DNA of 64,000 nucleotides, from NCBI GenBank assembly GCA_034669905.1, contig JAXMOL010000024.1:32001-96000 (forward strand), given 5' to 3'. Below are positions 35,922-45,128 of this stretch, piece by piece. Under the pieces are notes generated by a model. It ran no database searches. It saw only the letters and a list, made by a program, of their open reading frames with translations, and was not told the DNA's origin. A program made the translations under genes and the position numbers. Source of the DNA: Candidatus Hydrogenedentota bacterium. GTDB lineage: Bacteria > Hydrogenedentota > Hydrogenedentia > Hydrogenedentales > JAEUWI01. How positions within the stretch are numbered: position 1 is the first letter of the stretch; each line of letters starts with the position of its first letter.

Positions 35922-37364
35922 TCACTCGGCAGCCGTAGCCTCCACGGTCAGAGGCTTCGGCCCACCGTCCCCGCCAGCCTCGACAGCCCACGCACCACCG
36001 ATCAGGTACTCCAGTTCCGCCGCGCCGACACGCCAGTCTCGGAGTGCCCGGACCTGTTCCAATTCAAAGGCCAGCAAGGTCTGAATGCTATCCAGCACAT
36101 CCAGGAAACTCGAATCGATACTTCCTGTCGCATACTGCATCTGGAGGCTGTCAAAGGATTGTCGTGCCTGGGGCGTCAACGACTCCTCAAAGAGGGTGTG
36201 GCGCCGTGCTCCATCCTCCACAGCAAAAAGGGCCGCCTTTGCCGCCTGCTGAAGCGCGAGGACGCGTCGTCGTTTGTCATGGTGAGCGGCCTCTTCGTTG
36301 AAGCGTGCCTCCGCAATACCGGCCTTCACTTTTTTTCGCCAGATTGGAACGTTCACCTGAAGCGACACCATGACACTGTCGTCCTGATCTTCGGGATAGC
36401 TGATGGGCTCGTTGCGGGTAGCCAGTGAATAGATATCGAGCCCGGTGTTGACCGCGGTGAGGGGGACGTTGCCCGCCAGGGAATTGCCCAACCGGTTGGC
36501 CGCGCTCAGACTTGCCGGATAGGGCCGGTCGGGACGCTTGATGTCCGGCGTTCCCATGGATACGTATTCCAGACCCAGGGTAATATCCGGGTTCCCTTTC
36601 TTACGGGCCAGTTCGGTCTCCGCTTCACGGCGCTGCAACAGATAGTCGAGGCGCTTCAAATCGGGGTTCGCCGCCAAGAGCTGGCCTTCCAGTACGCCCC
36701 AGGAAGGCAGAGCCGGTGGAAAGCCTGCAGGTTGAGGCCAGGGACGCTCCACGTCGATCGCGGCGCCCATCGCTTCGTTGAGCCGTGCCACCAGGGCCGG
36801 CCTGAATTGCAGGAAGCCGTCCCGCCGGTCCGCCACCTGGGTAATCTCCATGGCGATGCGCAGAACCTCGTCTTCCCGGGCCATCCCGACGCTATACTTG
36901 GACTCCACGATATCCTTCATGTAGCCCAGCACATCCAGTTGGTCTTCCGTGACGCGAATGCTTTCACCCAGAAAGGCATATTCGAAATAGGCTTTCTTCA
37001 CGTCGCCAAAGACCCGGTTCCGCTCGTCATAGAAGCGTTGCAGCGCCTCGTCGGCCTCACGGGCCGCCCCTTCGCCCCGGGTGCGAAGGGTGCCGAACCA
37101 GGGAAATTTCTGCGCGAGGGCCACCCGATAGTTGTTTACTTCCGATTGCAGAAAATAACCCAGCGTAAACATGGGGTCGTCGAGCGACGTCGCCTGGGGA
37201 ACTCGCTCCAGGGCCGCTTGCCATTCGGCATGGCGCACCTGTAAGGCCGGGCTGCGGGTACCCGCCTCAATCATGTAAAGGCGAAGTTCCTCGTTGGCAG
37301 CGTATAAGGTAGGAGGCTTCACCTCCGTCACAGCGAATGAAAGTAGTACGAGCAGCGCATTCAT
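35922..37364 (-). CDS. TolC-family outer-membrane protein (heavy-metal efflux CusC-like)
   Basis: SLDDP, QKFPWFG, PDITLG, NVPIW, Y..G...FLDVLD patterns. Confidence 0.82.
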   Translation of the reverse strand: MNALLVLLSFAVTEVKPPTLYAANEELRLYMIEAGTRSPALQVRHAEWQAALERVPQATSLDDPMFTLGYFLQSEVNNYRVALAQKFPWFGTLRTRGEGAAREADEALQRFYDERNRVFGDVKKAYFEYAFLGESIRVTEDQLDVLGYMKDIVESKYSVGMAREDEVLRIAMEITQVADRRDGFLQFRPALVARLNEAMGAAIDVERPWPQPAGFPPALPSWGVLEGQLLAANPDLKRLDYLLQRREAETELARKKGNPDITLGLEYVSMGTPDIKRPDRPYPASLSAANRLGNSLAGNVPLTAVNTGLDIYSLATRNEPISYPEDQDDSVMVSLQVNVPIWRKKVKAGIAEARFNEEAAHHDKRRRVLALQQAAKAALFAVEDGARRHTLFEESLTPQARQSFDSLQMQYATGSIDSSFLDVLDSIQTLLAFELEQVRALRDWRVGAAELEYLIGGAWAVEAGGDGGPKPLTVEATAAE

Positions 37365-37410
37365 GGGGACGAGTTCTCCGTCGTGTTCAGGTCATCACAC
37401 GGGGAGATAA

Positions 37411-37426
37411 TGCAAGGGACGTGCCA
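37411..37426 (-). promoter_or_regulatory. Sigma-54 (-24/-12) promoter of the TolC gene
   Basis: Minus strand reads TGGCAC-GTCCC-TTGCA, matching the canonical consensus, about 45 bp upstream of the ATG. Confidence 0.85.
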
Positions 37427-37542
37427 GTAGTGCGGGCAGGTAAAGGCCCCTAGAATAAAGGCCATGCTGTACGGAAGAAGACGCCGCCCACGCAGCAGAT
37501 GAATAGAAGCTGACCACCTGAGCGGTCAGCGCCTGCACTTCC

Positions 37543-38892
37543 CTATTGAAATTGAACGGGCTTGTCGAGCTGATAGTCGTCTATCTTTTTGCGCAGGGTG
37601 ACGCGGGTTACGCCCAACAGCTCGGCCGTCCGCTTGATATTCCACCCCGTGCTGAAGAGTGCCTTCTCCACGTGCTCCTTTTCCACTTCCCGAAGCGTCT
37701 TGATACCGCCCGCCGGGAGAGTCGCCGGAACGCTCGGCCCCATGGCACCCAGCAGGACGGACTCCGTAATGGCCGGTCCCCGACTGAGCAGTGCCGCCCG
37801 CGTGAGCACATTGACCAGCTCCCGCACGTTCCCCGGCCAATCGTAGGCCTGCAGGCGGGACAGGGCACCTTCTTCGATTTCCACCAGCTGCTTGTGAAGC
37901 TCCCGGTTTAGGCGAGAGAGAATGTGGTCGGCCAGTGAGGAAATGTCTGCCCGACGGTCACGCAGTGGCGGCACCTCCATGGTCGAAACGGCCAGCCGAT
38001 AATACAGGTCCTCGCGAAATCTGTTGTCGGACACCATCTGCGGCAGGTTACGATTGGTCGCTGCGACGATACGTCCCGTGAAAGGCTTCAGCTGCGTGCC
38101 TCCGACCCGTTCAAAGGCACGCTCCTGCAGTACCCGAAGCAGCTTTGCTTGTAAATCCTGGGACATGTCGCCAATTTCATCGAGAAACAGGATGCCATCG
38201 GCCGCCAATTCCATTTTGCCTGCCCGCGCAGAATCGGCCCCGGTAAATGCGCCTTTCTCGTGGCCGAACAATTCACTTTCCAACAGGGTCGCCACCACGG
38301 CGGAACAGTTCACCGCGACAAAAGGCTTGTCCGGACAGGTTGCTTCGTGCAGAGTCCGCGCCACCAGCTCTTTACCCGTACCGCTCTCGCCCACAATGAG
38401 CACGGGCACGAGGTTTTCACTCAGCACGGCGATACTCTTCAAGATATCAATAATCTTCTCGTCGGCTCCCACGATTTCATGGGGCGAAGATTCCTGCTGG
38501 TCAATTGTGGCCGTCGCCCGGGGACGCCGCCCCTTAATGTGGTGCGTGGCCTTTTCAACCGCCAACAACACGGCGTCCAGATCGAGGGGCTTTCGAATAT
38601 AGTCAAAGGCACCACGGCGAATGGCCTGGATAGTCGCCCGCGCATCCTGGACCCCCGTAATCATGATGATGACCGCATCCGAGGGCGTCTCCTGGAGCTC
38701 GTGGAGGACATCCAACCCGGTGATGTCGGGCATATTCAGATCAAGAAACACGATATCCGGCTCGGTGCCACGAATCTCCGCCAGGCCCTGCGTCCCCGTG
38801 TGACTCAGGCCGACCTCATGGCCTTCCCGTTCCAACTGAATCTGCATGGAGCGGCAGAGGGCCGTATCATCGTCTATGATATGAATGCGCAT
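37543..38892 (-). CDS. Sigma-54-dependent response regulator (NtrC/ZraR family)
   Basis: Receiver domain, GESGTGKE, GAFTGA, LFLDEIGD, WPGNVREL, Fis-type HTH. Confidence 0.95.
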   Translation of the reverse strand: MRIHIIDDDTALCRSMQIQLEREGHEVGLSHTGTQGLAEIRGTEPDIVFLDLNMPDITGLDVLHELQETPSDAVIIMITGVQDARATIQAIRRGAFDYIRKPLDLDAVLLAVEKATHHIKGRRPRATATIDQQESSPHEIVGADEKIIDILKSIAVLSENLVPVLIVGESGTGKELVARTLHEATCPDKPFVAVNCSAVVATLLESELFGHEKGAFTGADSARAGKMELAADGILFLDEIGDMSQDLQAKLLRVLQERAFERVGGTQLKPFTGRIVAATNRNLPQMVSDNRFREDLYYRLAVSTMEVPPLRDRRADISSLADHILSRLNRELHKQLVEIEEGALSRLQAYDWPGNVRELVNVLTRAALLSRGPAITESVLLGAMGPSVPATLPAGGIKTLREVEKEHVEKALFSTGWNIKRTAELLGVTRVTLRKKIDDYQLDKPVQFQ

Positions 38893-38895
38893 GCG

Positions 38896-40698
38896 CTAGC
38901 CTTCCTTCGTGGCATGGTCAGGAAGGTGGATGCGAAACACCGCCCCCCCATCGCTTCGGTTCTCGACCGTTATGGTACCACCATGAAGCTCCACAATCTT
39001 TTTCACATTGGGAAGGCCCAACCCGGTGCCGTTTATCTTGGTCGTATAAAAGGGCTGAAAGGAGCGCTGGAGCGCCTCCTGGCTAAGCCCCGGGCCGGTG
39101 TCTTCCACGACAATCTCAATCATTCCATGGGGCTCTACAACACGGCGGGCCCCAACCCGGACGACGCCCCCATCGGCCATGGCTTCCAAGGCGTTTCCGA
39201 TGAGATTGCTCAACACCCGACAGAACTGTTCTTTGTCCACGAAAAGCGCTCGCCCTTCGAGATGGTCTTCCACCACCAACTCCGTGTTCTCCAGGGTAGC
39301 CACACCCTCCATGACATCCCGGACCGAATCAGACAGTTCCGTAAACGAGAGGTATGTGCGTTTCATTTCAACGGGTTTACCGAAGCTCAGCAGGTCGGTC
39401 AGCATGTGATCGAGACGGGTCGCCTGTTGGAGCGCGATTTCGCCCAGTTCCTGATTGCCTTCGAGCTGCCCCTCGGCCCGGGTCAATACCTGAAGATTCA
39501 TCTTGATAGAGGAAAGGGGATTGCGCATCTCGTGCACCGTGCTGGAGGTTAATTCGCCCACATAGGCCAGCGTCGTCGTTCGCACGAGTTCTTCCTGCTT
39601 CTCCTTGAGTTCATCCAGCATGGCGTTGAAAGCCATCCGCACTTCCTCGGCTTCTGCCACGTCCATGGCCTCAAGACGCTCCCCCACATAGCCGCGTCGG
39701 ACCCGGTGTGCGATCTCCATGAGTTGTCGCAGGGGTTTTCCCATCAATTGGGTCATCCAGAAAGCGATGAGGACCACCAGCACACAGGTCACCAACACGG
39801 TCGAGAGCGTACGTACCAGAAGCACATCGAGCCAGACCAGGGCTTCGTCGCGCTCAATCTCCGTGACGAGCTGCCAACCTTCAAAGCCGATGGGAATGGC
39901 CGCCCCCAGGACACGACTCCCCCGGTAATCCAGATAGGATGAAACGGTGGAAGAGGCGCCATGATGATGGGAGGAATCCATCGACCCCTGTCGCCAGGGC
40001 ATGAAGGCTACCTCCTCGTCGGACAGCGGTTCGGTGAGAATGCGGTTGTCCGCCGATACGATGTAGACTTTGCCCGTGCCATAGAGTCCTTGTCGGTTCT
40101 GCAACAACGGGGTCAGTCGCTTCCCCAAATCCAGGTAGGCGGCGAGAAACCCCACCGGCTGTCCGCTCGCACCGGCAATCGCGCAAACCACGTGGAGCCC
40201 CACGTCGCCGGCCGCATGTCCGTGGGCCAGGCCGAATACAGCCCCATCCGACGCAATCGCCCGGGCCTGCAAATCCTCATCTACCAGGGTGTGGTGAGAA
40301 TGGCCGGATAAATGGCTCGACGCCAGGGGGCGCCATGCCCCATCCAGGACAACCACTTCGCCAAACGTGGGATTGGATGCCCGAAAAACGTCGAGGGTCT
40401 GCTGCAACCGGTTTCGGGAGGCGGCGTCATTCCCTTCAGCGGCGCGCACCAATTCGCCGGTGGTCGGCAAGGTCGCCATCGTCTCGACACGGCTCGTGCG
40501 CTCTTCAATCCAGCTGAGCACACCACTGGCCCGGCCATGGGCAACGGCCAGCACATGCTTATGGGCCAGTTCATAGACCGCTTCCATGGCGCAGTGATAG
40601 CCCTGAACACCCAGTGCGGCGATGGGGATCATGGAAATCGCGAAGAGCGCCGAAAAAATTCGGCTACGCAGGGTACCGAATATCCGTTTCTGACCCAT
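38896..40698 (-). CDS. Sensor histidine kinase with His-rich periplasmic Cache-like domain and HAMP
   Basis: Two TM helices, HEMRNPL H-box, NALEAM, DTGPG, GTGLGL; ATG at 40698 after AAAGGAG. Confidence 0.92.
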   Translation of the reverse strand: MGQKRIFGTLRSRIFSALFAISMIPIAALGVQGYHCAMEAVYELAHKHVLAVAHGRASGVLSWIEERTSRVETMATLPTTGELVRAAEGNDAASRNRLQQTLDVFRASNPTFGEVVVLDGAWRPLASSHLSGHSHHTLVDEDLQARAIASDGAVFGLAHGHAAGDVGLHVVCAIAGASGQPVGFLAAYLDLGKRLTPLLQNRQGLYGTGKVYIVSADNRILTEPLSDEEVAFMPWRQGSMDSSHHHGASSTVSSYLDYRGSRVLGAAIPIGFEGWQLVTEIERDEALVWLDVLLVRTLSTVLVTCVLVVLIAFWMTQLMGKPLRQLMEIAHRVRRGYVGERLEAMDVAEAEEVRMAFNAMLDELKEKQEELVRTTTLAYVGELTSSTVHEMRNPLSSIKMNLQVLTRAEGQLEGNQELGEIALQQATRLDHMLTDLLSFGKPVEMKRTYLSFTELSDSVRDVMEGVATLENTELVVEDHLEGRALFVDKEQFCRVLSNLIGNALEAMADGGVVRVGARRVVEPHGMIEIVVEDTGPGLSQEALQRSFQPFYTTKINGTGLGLPNVKKIVELHGGTITVENRSDGGAVFRIHLPDHATKEG

Positions 40699-40840
40699 CC
40701 TGTCTCTCCTTTCGAATACACCGTGCAACGGGGTGAGCGTAGCACGGCGCCCACTTCCAGTGCCAAGGGCGGGCGCTCAACGAGAACAGGGCGTGGGCAA
40801 GCAAATCACCCACGCCCCCCTGGTCGCTCAGAGCGTGTGG

Positions 40841-41509
40841 TCAGCGCGCATCGCCACCCGCTTTCCCGGCTCCTTCGGGCCTTGCTTCATCGATTTTCGA
40901 CAGGAACTTCATCGGGTCCTTTTCGAAGTCCTTCACGCACCCCTTGCAGCACAAACGAACCAAGCGGTTGGCGAAGACGCGCTCGATGGGGTCGCCCATA
41001 CTCCCTAACGCCTCACCACTGACGACGCAGGTCTTCAACGGATAGTCCTTTTTCTGCTGCGCGATGATCGCCTCGTCGAGGAGGGCGAGATATTTGGCAG
41101 GGTCGGCCTCGACCTTCTTGATGCACCCTTCGCAGCACAGGCGCACGAGGCGGTTCTGATAGACCAGGTCGATGGGATCGCCCATGCTCCCCAACTCCGC
41201 TCCACTGACCGCGCAGGTGGTCAGGGGGTAATAGGGGCTCTGCTGCTTTACGATGGCCTCATCAACCTTGGCCAGACTACCGGACAGGTCGGATTCGAAT
41301 TTCTTCGGGCACCCGGCGCAACAAAAGCGGATCTCCCGGCCATCGTATTCCTTCACAATGGGCTCTCCCATGGAGCCCAGTTTTTCGCCCGTGACCGGGC
41401 AGGTATCCAGGGGATAGCTATCCGCAGACGCCACCGGCGCACCCAACACAACCGTTGCCGCAACGGCAATCCCCACATAGTTCTTCAGCAACTTCGTCAT
41501 TTTGTTCAT
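40841..41509 (-). CDS. Exported protein with three YHS/TRASH-like metal-binding repeats
   Basis: Signal peptide, then three copies of YPLxTCxVxGxxLGSMGxPI...RxCCxGC. Confidence 0.85.
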   Translation of the reverse strand: MNKMTKLLKNYVGIAVAATVVLGAPVASADSYPLDTCPVTGEKLGSMGEPIVKEYDGREIRFCCAGCPKKFESDLSGSLAKVDEAIVKQQSPYYPLTTCAVSGAELGSMGDPIDLVYQNRLVRLCCEGCIKKVEADPAKYLALLDEAIIAQQKKDYPLKTCVVSGEALGSMGDPIERVFANRLVRLCCKGCVKDFEKDPMKFLSKIDEARPEGAGKAGGDAR

Positions 41510-41579
41510 CGTGTACTCCTTTGGAGGCCCATGTTAGCCGCATCCACGATGCGGACCTTGTCTTTACACGGTGAGCTAA

Positions 41580-41595
41580 CGCAATTTGGATGCCA
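41580..41595 (-). promoter_or_regulatory. Sigma-54 (-24/-12) promoter of the YHS gene
   Basis: Minus strand reads TGGCAT-CCAAA-TTGCG with correct GG-N10-GC spacing. Confidence 0.75.
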
Positions 41596-41767
41596 AGGAG
41601 AGATGTATCGTTAAGCCGTTTTCAGCGTGCCCCTTAGAGAGAAGCGCCCTTGGAGAGCTCCGCCCCACGTGGTCACAACAAAGCACCCCGGTGGTCAGAA
41701 ACCATCCACGTTGGACCGGAGAGAGACGGATAAATTTTTAAGAGGTCTTCGCCATAGCGAAGCCCCC

Positions 41768-41860
41768 AAGGACCTAAACGACATAAAGGACTGAAAAGAC
41801 AGGGGCTAGATGCCCCAATTCGGCTGTCCCTTACGGCCTTTCGGCCGTTCAGGTCCTTTT
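41768..41860. repeat. Inverted pair of 9-bp-periodic repeat arms (REP-doublet-like)
   Basis: aaggacctaaacgacataaaggactgaaaagacag is imperfectly inverted at 41824-41860. Confidence 0.65.
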
Positions 41861-41881
41861 CCGCCTGCTAGAAAACAGTCC

Positions 41882-43165
41882 CTACCCGTACATGCGGTGG
41901 GCATGGAGCACCAGGCCCGATGCGACACTTCCGAAATTATCGCCCGAGACGATCTTCAGGTCGGGGAAGTGGGATTGGATGCGGGCCATCAGGAGGGGCG
42001 ACTTGGCGGTACCGCCGGTTACGTAGATGAGATCGGGTTTGGCATTCGCCGCTTCGACGACGTCGCTGATAAGACCGGAGATTTTCTCCAAGGTCCCTTC
42101 TACGACCGCATGGAGGCCATCACGATCGAGCGGGACGCTGAAGCCTTCCTCGATGAACTCGAGTGGGATGGTGCTCTCCGCCACTTCGGACAGCGCAATC
42201 TTGGCCTCCTCGCAATGCCCTACCACCTGCTGTCCCTGTCGATGTTTGTGGAGACGCTTCAGTCGATTTACTTTTTCCGGGCACGCCGGGTTGGCCAGGA
42301 AGCCATCGAGATTTCGTGCGTAGAATTTCTCCATCGTTTTCATCTCGTTGATCGCGATGGCCTGGGAGAAAAACCGGTTGGGAATGGCCTCGCCATTCTT
42401 GAGACGCGTACCTTCCCCAAAGTGGGGCATGACAACGCGCCGCGCGATGGAAGTGTCCAGGTCCACACCTCCGGCCCGCGTGCCGGAGTTGGCCAATATG
42501 CGCTCTTCCATGTGCGCGCCACCCGAATAGGATGGCCCCAAGTTCGCCACGGTGCAGTCGGTCGTGCCGCCGCCGGAGTCCACAATCAAGGCCACCACAT
42601 CATGGGTGAGCTTCGCCTCGAAATCGAGGGCCGCGGCGATGGGTTCGAGAAGAAAAGAAATCTTTTCAAAACCGGCCGTCGTTGCGCCATTCCGAAGTAT
42701 GCGCTCTCCCTGGCGATTGGCGTCCTCGTCCCCCGAGGAAGAAAAGTTAACCGGACGCCCCAGCACGACACTATGGAAGCGATGCCCCGTTTGTGCTTCC
42801 GCGGTCTTTTTGATATGGGAAAGCATGAGGCCCACAATTTTTGAGAACCGCTCCACGCCAGATGCGCGCAGTTCCGGAAATCCGAGGAAGAGCTTGGGCG
42901 ATTTCGCCAGTATTCCCTCGCCCGGCCGATCATAGTGATGGGCCATTGCGGTATTTCCAAAGAGAATGCCATCCCCTGAACGCAACGTGTCGTCCAGGGT
43001 TTGTCCCCCCTGATTCTGCGCGGTCGTTGCCGTGTCACCGAGGGGTGTGTATATCGCTGCGGGGAGATAGGGGCTTGCGCCCTCCAGGGGCACCAATTGG
43101 GGCTTGCCCTCCTGCCAGATACCCAACGCGCAATTGGAGGTTCCAAAATCTATACCGGTATACAT
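41882..43165 (-). CDS. Hsp70-family protein, YegD-like
   Basis: GIDFGTSNC, GRPVNF, EPIAAA, DSGGGTTD, YVTGGTAKSP; lacks the DnaK substrate-binding domain. Confidence 0.88.
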   Translation of the reverse strand: MYTGIDFGTSNCALGIWQEGKPQLVPLEGASPYLPAAIYTPLGDTATTAQNQGGQTLDDTLRSGDGILFGNTAMAHHYDRPGEGILAKSPKLFLGFPELRASGVERFSKIVGLMLSHIKKTAEAQTGHRFHSVVLGRPVNFSSSGDEDANRQGERILRNGATTAGFEKISFLLEPIAAALDFEAKLTHDVVALIVDSGGGTTDCTVANLGPSYSGGAHMEERILANSGTRAGGVDLDTSIARRVVMPHFGEGTRLKNGEAIPNRFFSQAIAINEMKTMEKFYARNLDGFLANPACPEKVNRLKRLHKHRQGQQVVGHCEEAKIALSEVAESTIPLEFIEEGFSVPLDRDGLHAVVEGTLEKISGLISDVVEAANAKPDLIYVTGGTAKSPLLMARIQSHFPDLKIVSGDNFGSVASGLVLHAHRMYG

Positions 43166-43212
43166 GAACTACTTTCTTTCAACATTTAGACGTGGAGTTT
43201 TGTCGGGTTTAG

Positions 43213-43256
43213 AAGGACCAAAGGGACAGAAAGGACGGAAAGGACCTGAACGACAA
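43213..43256. repeat. Single arm of the same 9-bp-periodic repeat
   Basis: aaggaccaaagggacagaaaggacggaaaggacctgaacgac. Confidence 0.6.
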
Positions 43257-43345
43257 ACCCCAACGCGAATCAGATACTTGGCATCGAATCACGTAGGCGT
43301 TCCAGTCCTTTTCGACTCCGTGCGCGGGCGCGTGCATCGGCTTAA

Positions 43346-43385
43346 AAAAGGGCCCCCCACGTGGGCAGCCCATGGCAAACTATTC
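43346..43385. repeat. Degenerate direct-repeat copy of the terminator at 46169-46208
   Basis: 33 of 40 positions identical by manual ungapped alignment. Confidence 0.7.
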
Positions 43386-43457
43386 TCTATTCGGCATCAG
43401 TAACTCACCAGTCATTCACTTTCGAAAGACTCCCCATCTCCCCGGCGCTCGAATTAA

Positions 43458-43826
43458 TTAGTCGCCCTTCAGGGCGCATTCCAACTTCTTAGCGACGGTC
43501 GCCAGCCGCTTATCCCGAGTCCAGAGTCGGGCATCTGGTGTGAGTAGCGTCGCGCACAACAGGTGCGCATCGATGAAACCCAAGCCGCGCCCCATGAGGT
43601 TCTCGCGCGCGATGAGTTCGAGAACCTCGTCATGGCTCGCGACGACAGCGCCAGGCAATGCCGACAGCAGGGAAAGGACCTCTTCTCGATTTCTAAGGGA
43701 ACCACAGGCCAGCTCCCCGATCACCATGGGGTGGACCAACACCTCTCCCGCGTTCAGATGTTTTGATAACTCAGGAACCCCTTCGTGGAGGTGGTCAATC
43801 CAAACCGACGTATCGACAAGGATCAC
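43458..43826 (-). CDS. vapC: VapC PIN-domain toxin (copy 2)
   Basis: ILVDTSVWIDHL, ELACG, GFIDAHLL, WTRDKRL; GTGA overlap with the antitoxin. Confidence 0.92.
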   Translation of the reverse strand: MILVDTSVWIDHLHEGVPELSKHLNAGEVLVHPMVIGELACGSLRNREEVLSLLSALPGAVVASHDEVLELIARENLMGRGLGFIDAHLLCATLLTPDARLWTRDKRLATVAKKLECALKGD

Positions 43827-44020
43827 GTGTCTTTAGGCCGGCGTCTGGAGATAGGCTTCAGTTGTGGCTCCGTGCCGCCGAGGCGGGCCAGGCGCCGTGC
43901 ACTCTCGCGCTCGATGAGCGCCGTAAGGCCAGCATGAATCAGAGCTGCACGCTCTTTTGTGCCGGTGAGGCGTTGGGCTTCGAGAAGAAGTTGGTCGTCC
44001 AGATTGATGGTTGTTCGCAT
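43823..44020 (-). CDS. vapB: VapB antitoxin (copy 2)
   Basis: 58 of 65 residues identical to copy 1 by manual comparison. Confidence 0.9.
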   Translation of the reverse strand: MRTTINLDDQLLLEAQRLTGTKERAALIHAGLTALIERESARRLARLGGTEPQLKPISRRRPKDT

Positions 44021-44043
44021 GGTTGCATCTCCATTGATGCATC

Positions 44044-44064
44044 TAATTATACATCAAATGATGT
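44044..44064 (-). promoter_or_regulatory. vapBC2 -10 box and palindromic operator
   Basis: TATAAT on the minus strand; ACATCA-aa-TGATGT perfect inverted repeat. Confidence 0.7.
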
Positions 44065-44078
44065 CGAAATGCATGTTC

Positions 44079-45101
44079 CTAATTGCCGTCTATCAAAGCT
44101 GGCAATGCTGACAAGTCGGTGATCACTTTTGCGCGTGTTTCAAAGCCATCCCGAGAAAGTAGATCCTGAAAATGCTTTTCGCAGACCAGCACGTCGCAGT
44201 ACATACTTGCAAACCCCAGCCCTGCCCAATCTTCGAGATCCGTCAGTTTCGGAATGTAAGCGTCGTTGCGAAGAACTTGTTTGTGAAGATGCAGATCAAC
44301 TTTTTGCGACGGCATACTGTCCAGAATTGCAGTTATAGTAGACTCATCGAACTCCGAGAGATCATTCTTACTCAACCCATGTCTAGTCAGCACCATGTTG
44401 AACGGGTCCAGAATATCCATCCATGAAATTGCGTAGAGTGCAGGCACCCATCTATCTCGTGGAAGGCTCGATTTAATACTCTGCAATCCTTCGAGGTGCT
44501 TTTTGAAACTTGCTTGTCGATTTCTCTTGAGAAAAGGGGAAGGTCGTTCTCCGTTTACCATCTCCCCTGTCACCAAGGAACGTTCAAATATTTCATCATA
44601 GGGTGGTGGGAACTTGGTGCCTATATCGATGCCAAAAGCATGCTCGACGCCTCTGCCCAGTACCTCAATCTTGTCGACTTGGACCCTCGGAAAGAACTTG
44701 CTTATTGCCAACTCTATTTCATTAATCTTTATTGCCCTGATGGAGGCGAGAGTCTTTCCAGCGGATATATCCCAGAGGATTCGACCAAGACGTTCCCGCC
44801 TAAGCGGATCCTTGATTCGCGACGACTCCATATAGTGTACTTGAGACAAGGGCATGACTATCTGGTCGCTCTGAACAAGCCCTGGAATTCGAGCTATCTC
44901 TTCGGACTCTTCCTTGCCGTTCAGGACACGAGCGAGCTGTATCCATTTGTTTTGATCCAGATAGACAAGCGACCTGTTTTCGGTTCCGTGTCCCAAATCT
45001 CCGCCCCACTCCTTTGAAAGGCCCTGCCTCACGATATCGAGGCGGCGCCAAATCGCTTTCAATCCAGACCGGCGAAAACGGGACACCAATACTGAATACA
45101 C
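44079..45101 (-). CDS. Hypothetical protein, possible PIN-like fold
   Basis: AT-richer ORF; VYLDQNKWI, SQVHYME, DLED and YCDVLVCE resemble PIN acidic sites; start may be TTG at 44996. Confidence 0.6.
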   Translation of the reverse strand: MYSVLVSRFRRSGLKAIWRRLDIVRQGLSKEWGGDLGHGTENRSLVYLDQNKWIQLARVLNGKEESEEIARIPGLVQSDQIVMPLSQVHYMESSRIKDPLRRERLGRILWDISAGKTLASIRAIKINEIELAISKFFPRVQVDKIEVLGRGVEHAFGIDIGTKFPPPYDEIFERSLVTGEMVNGERPSPFLKRNRQASFKKHLEGLQSIKSSLPRDRWVPALYAISWMDILDPFNMVLTRHGLSKNDLSEFDESTITAILDSMPSQKVDLHLHKQVLRNDAYIPKLTDLEDWAGLGFASMYCDVLVCEKHFQDLLSRDGFETRAKVITDLSALPALIDGN

Positions 45102-45128
45102 CGCAATTTCGGTACCTGCTTACGCAGC

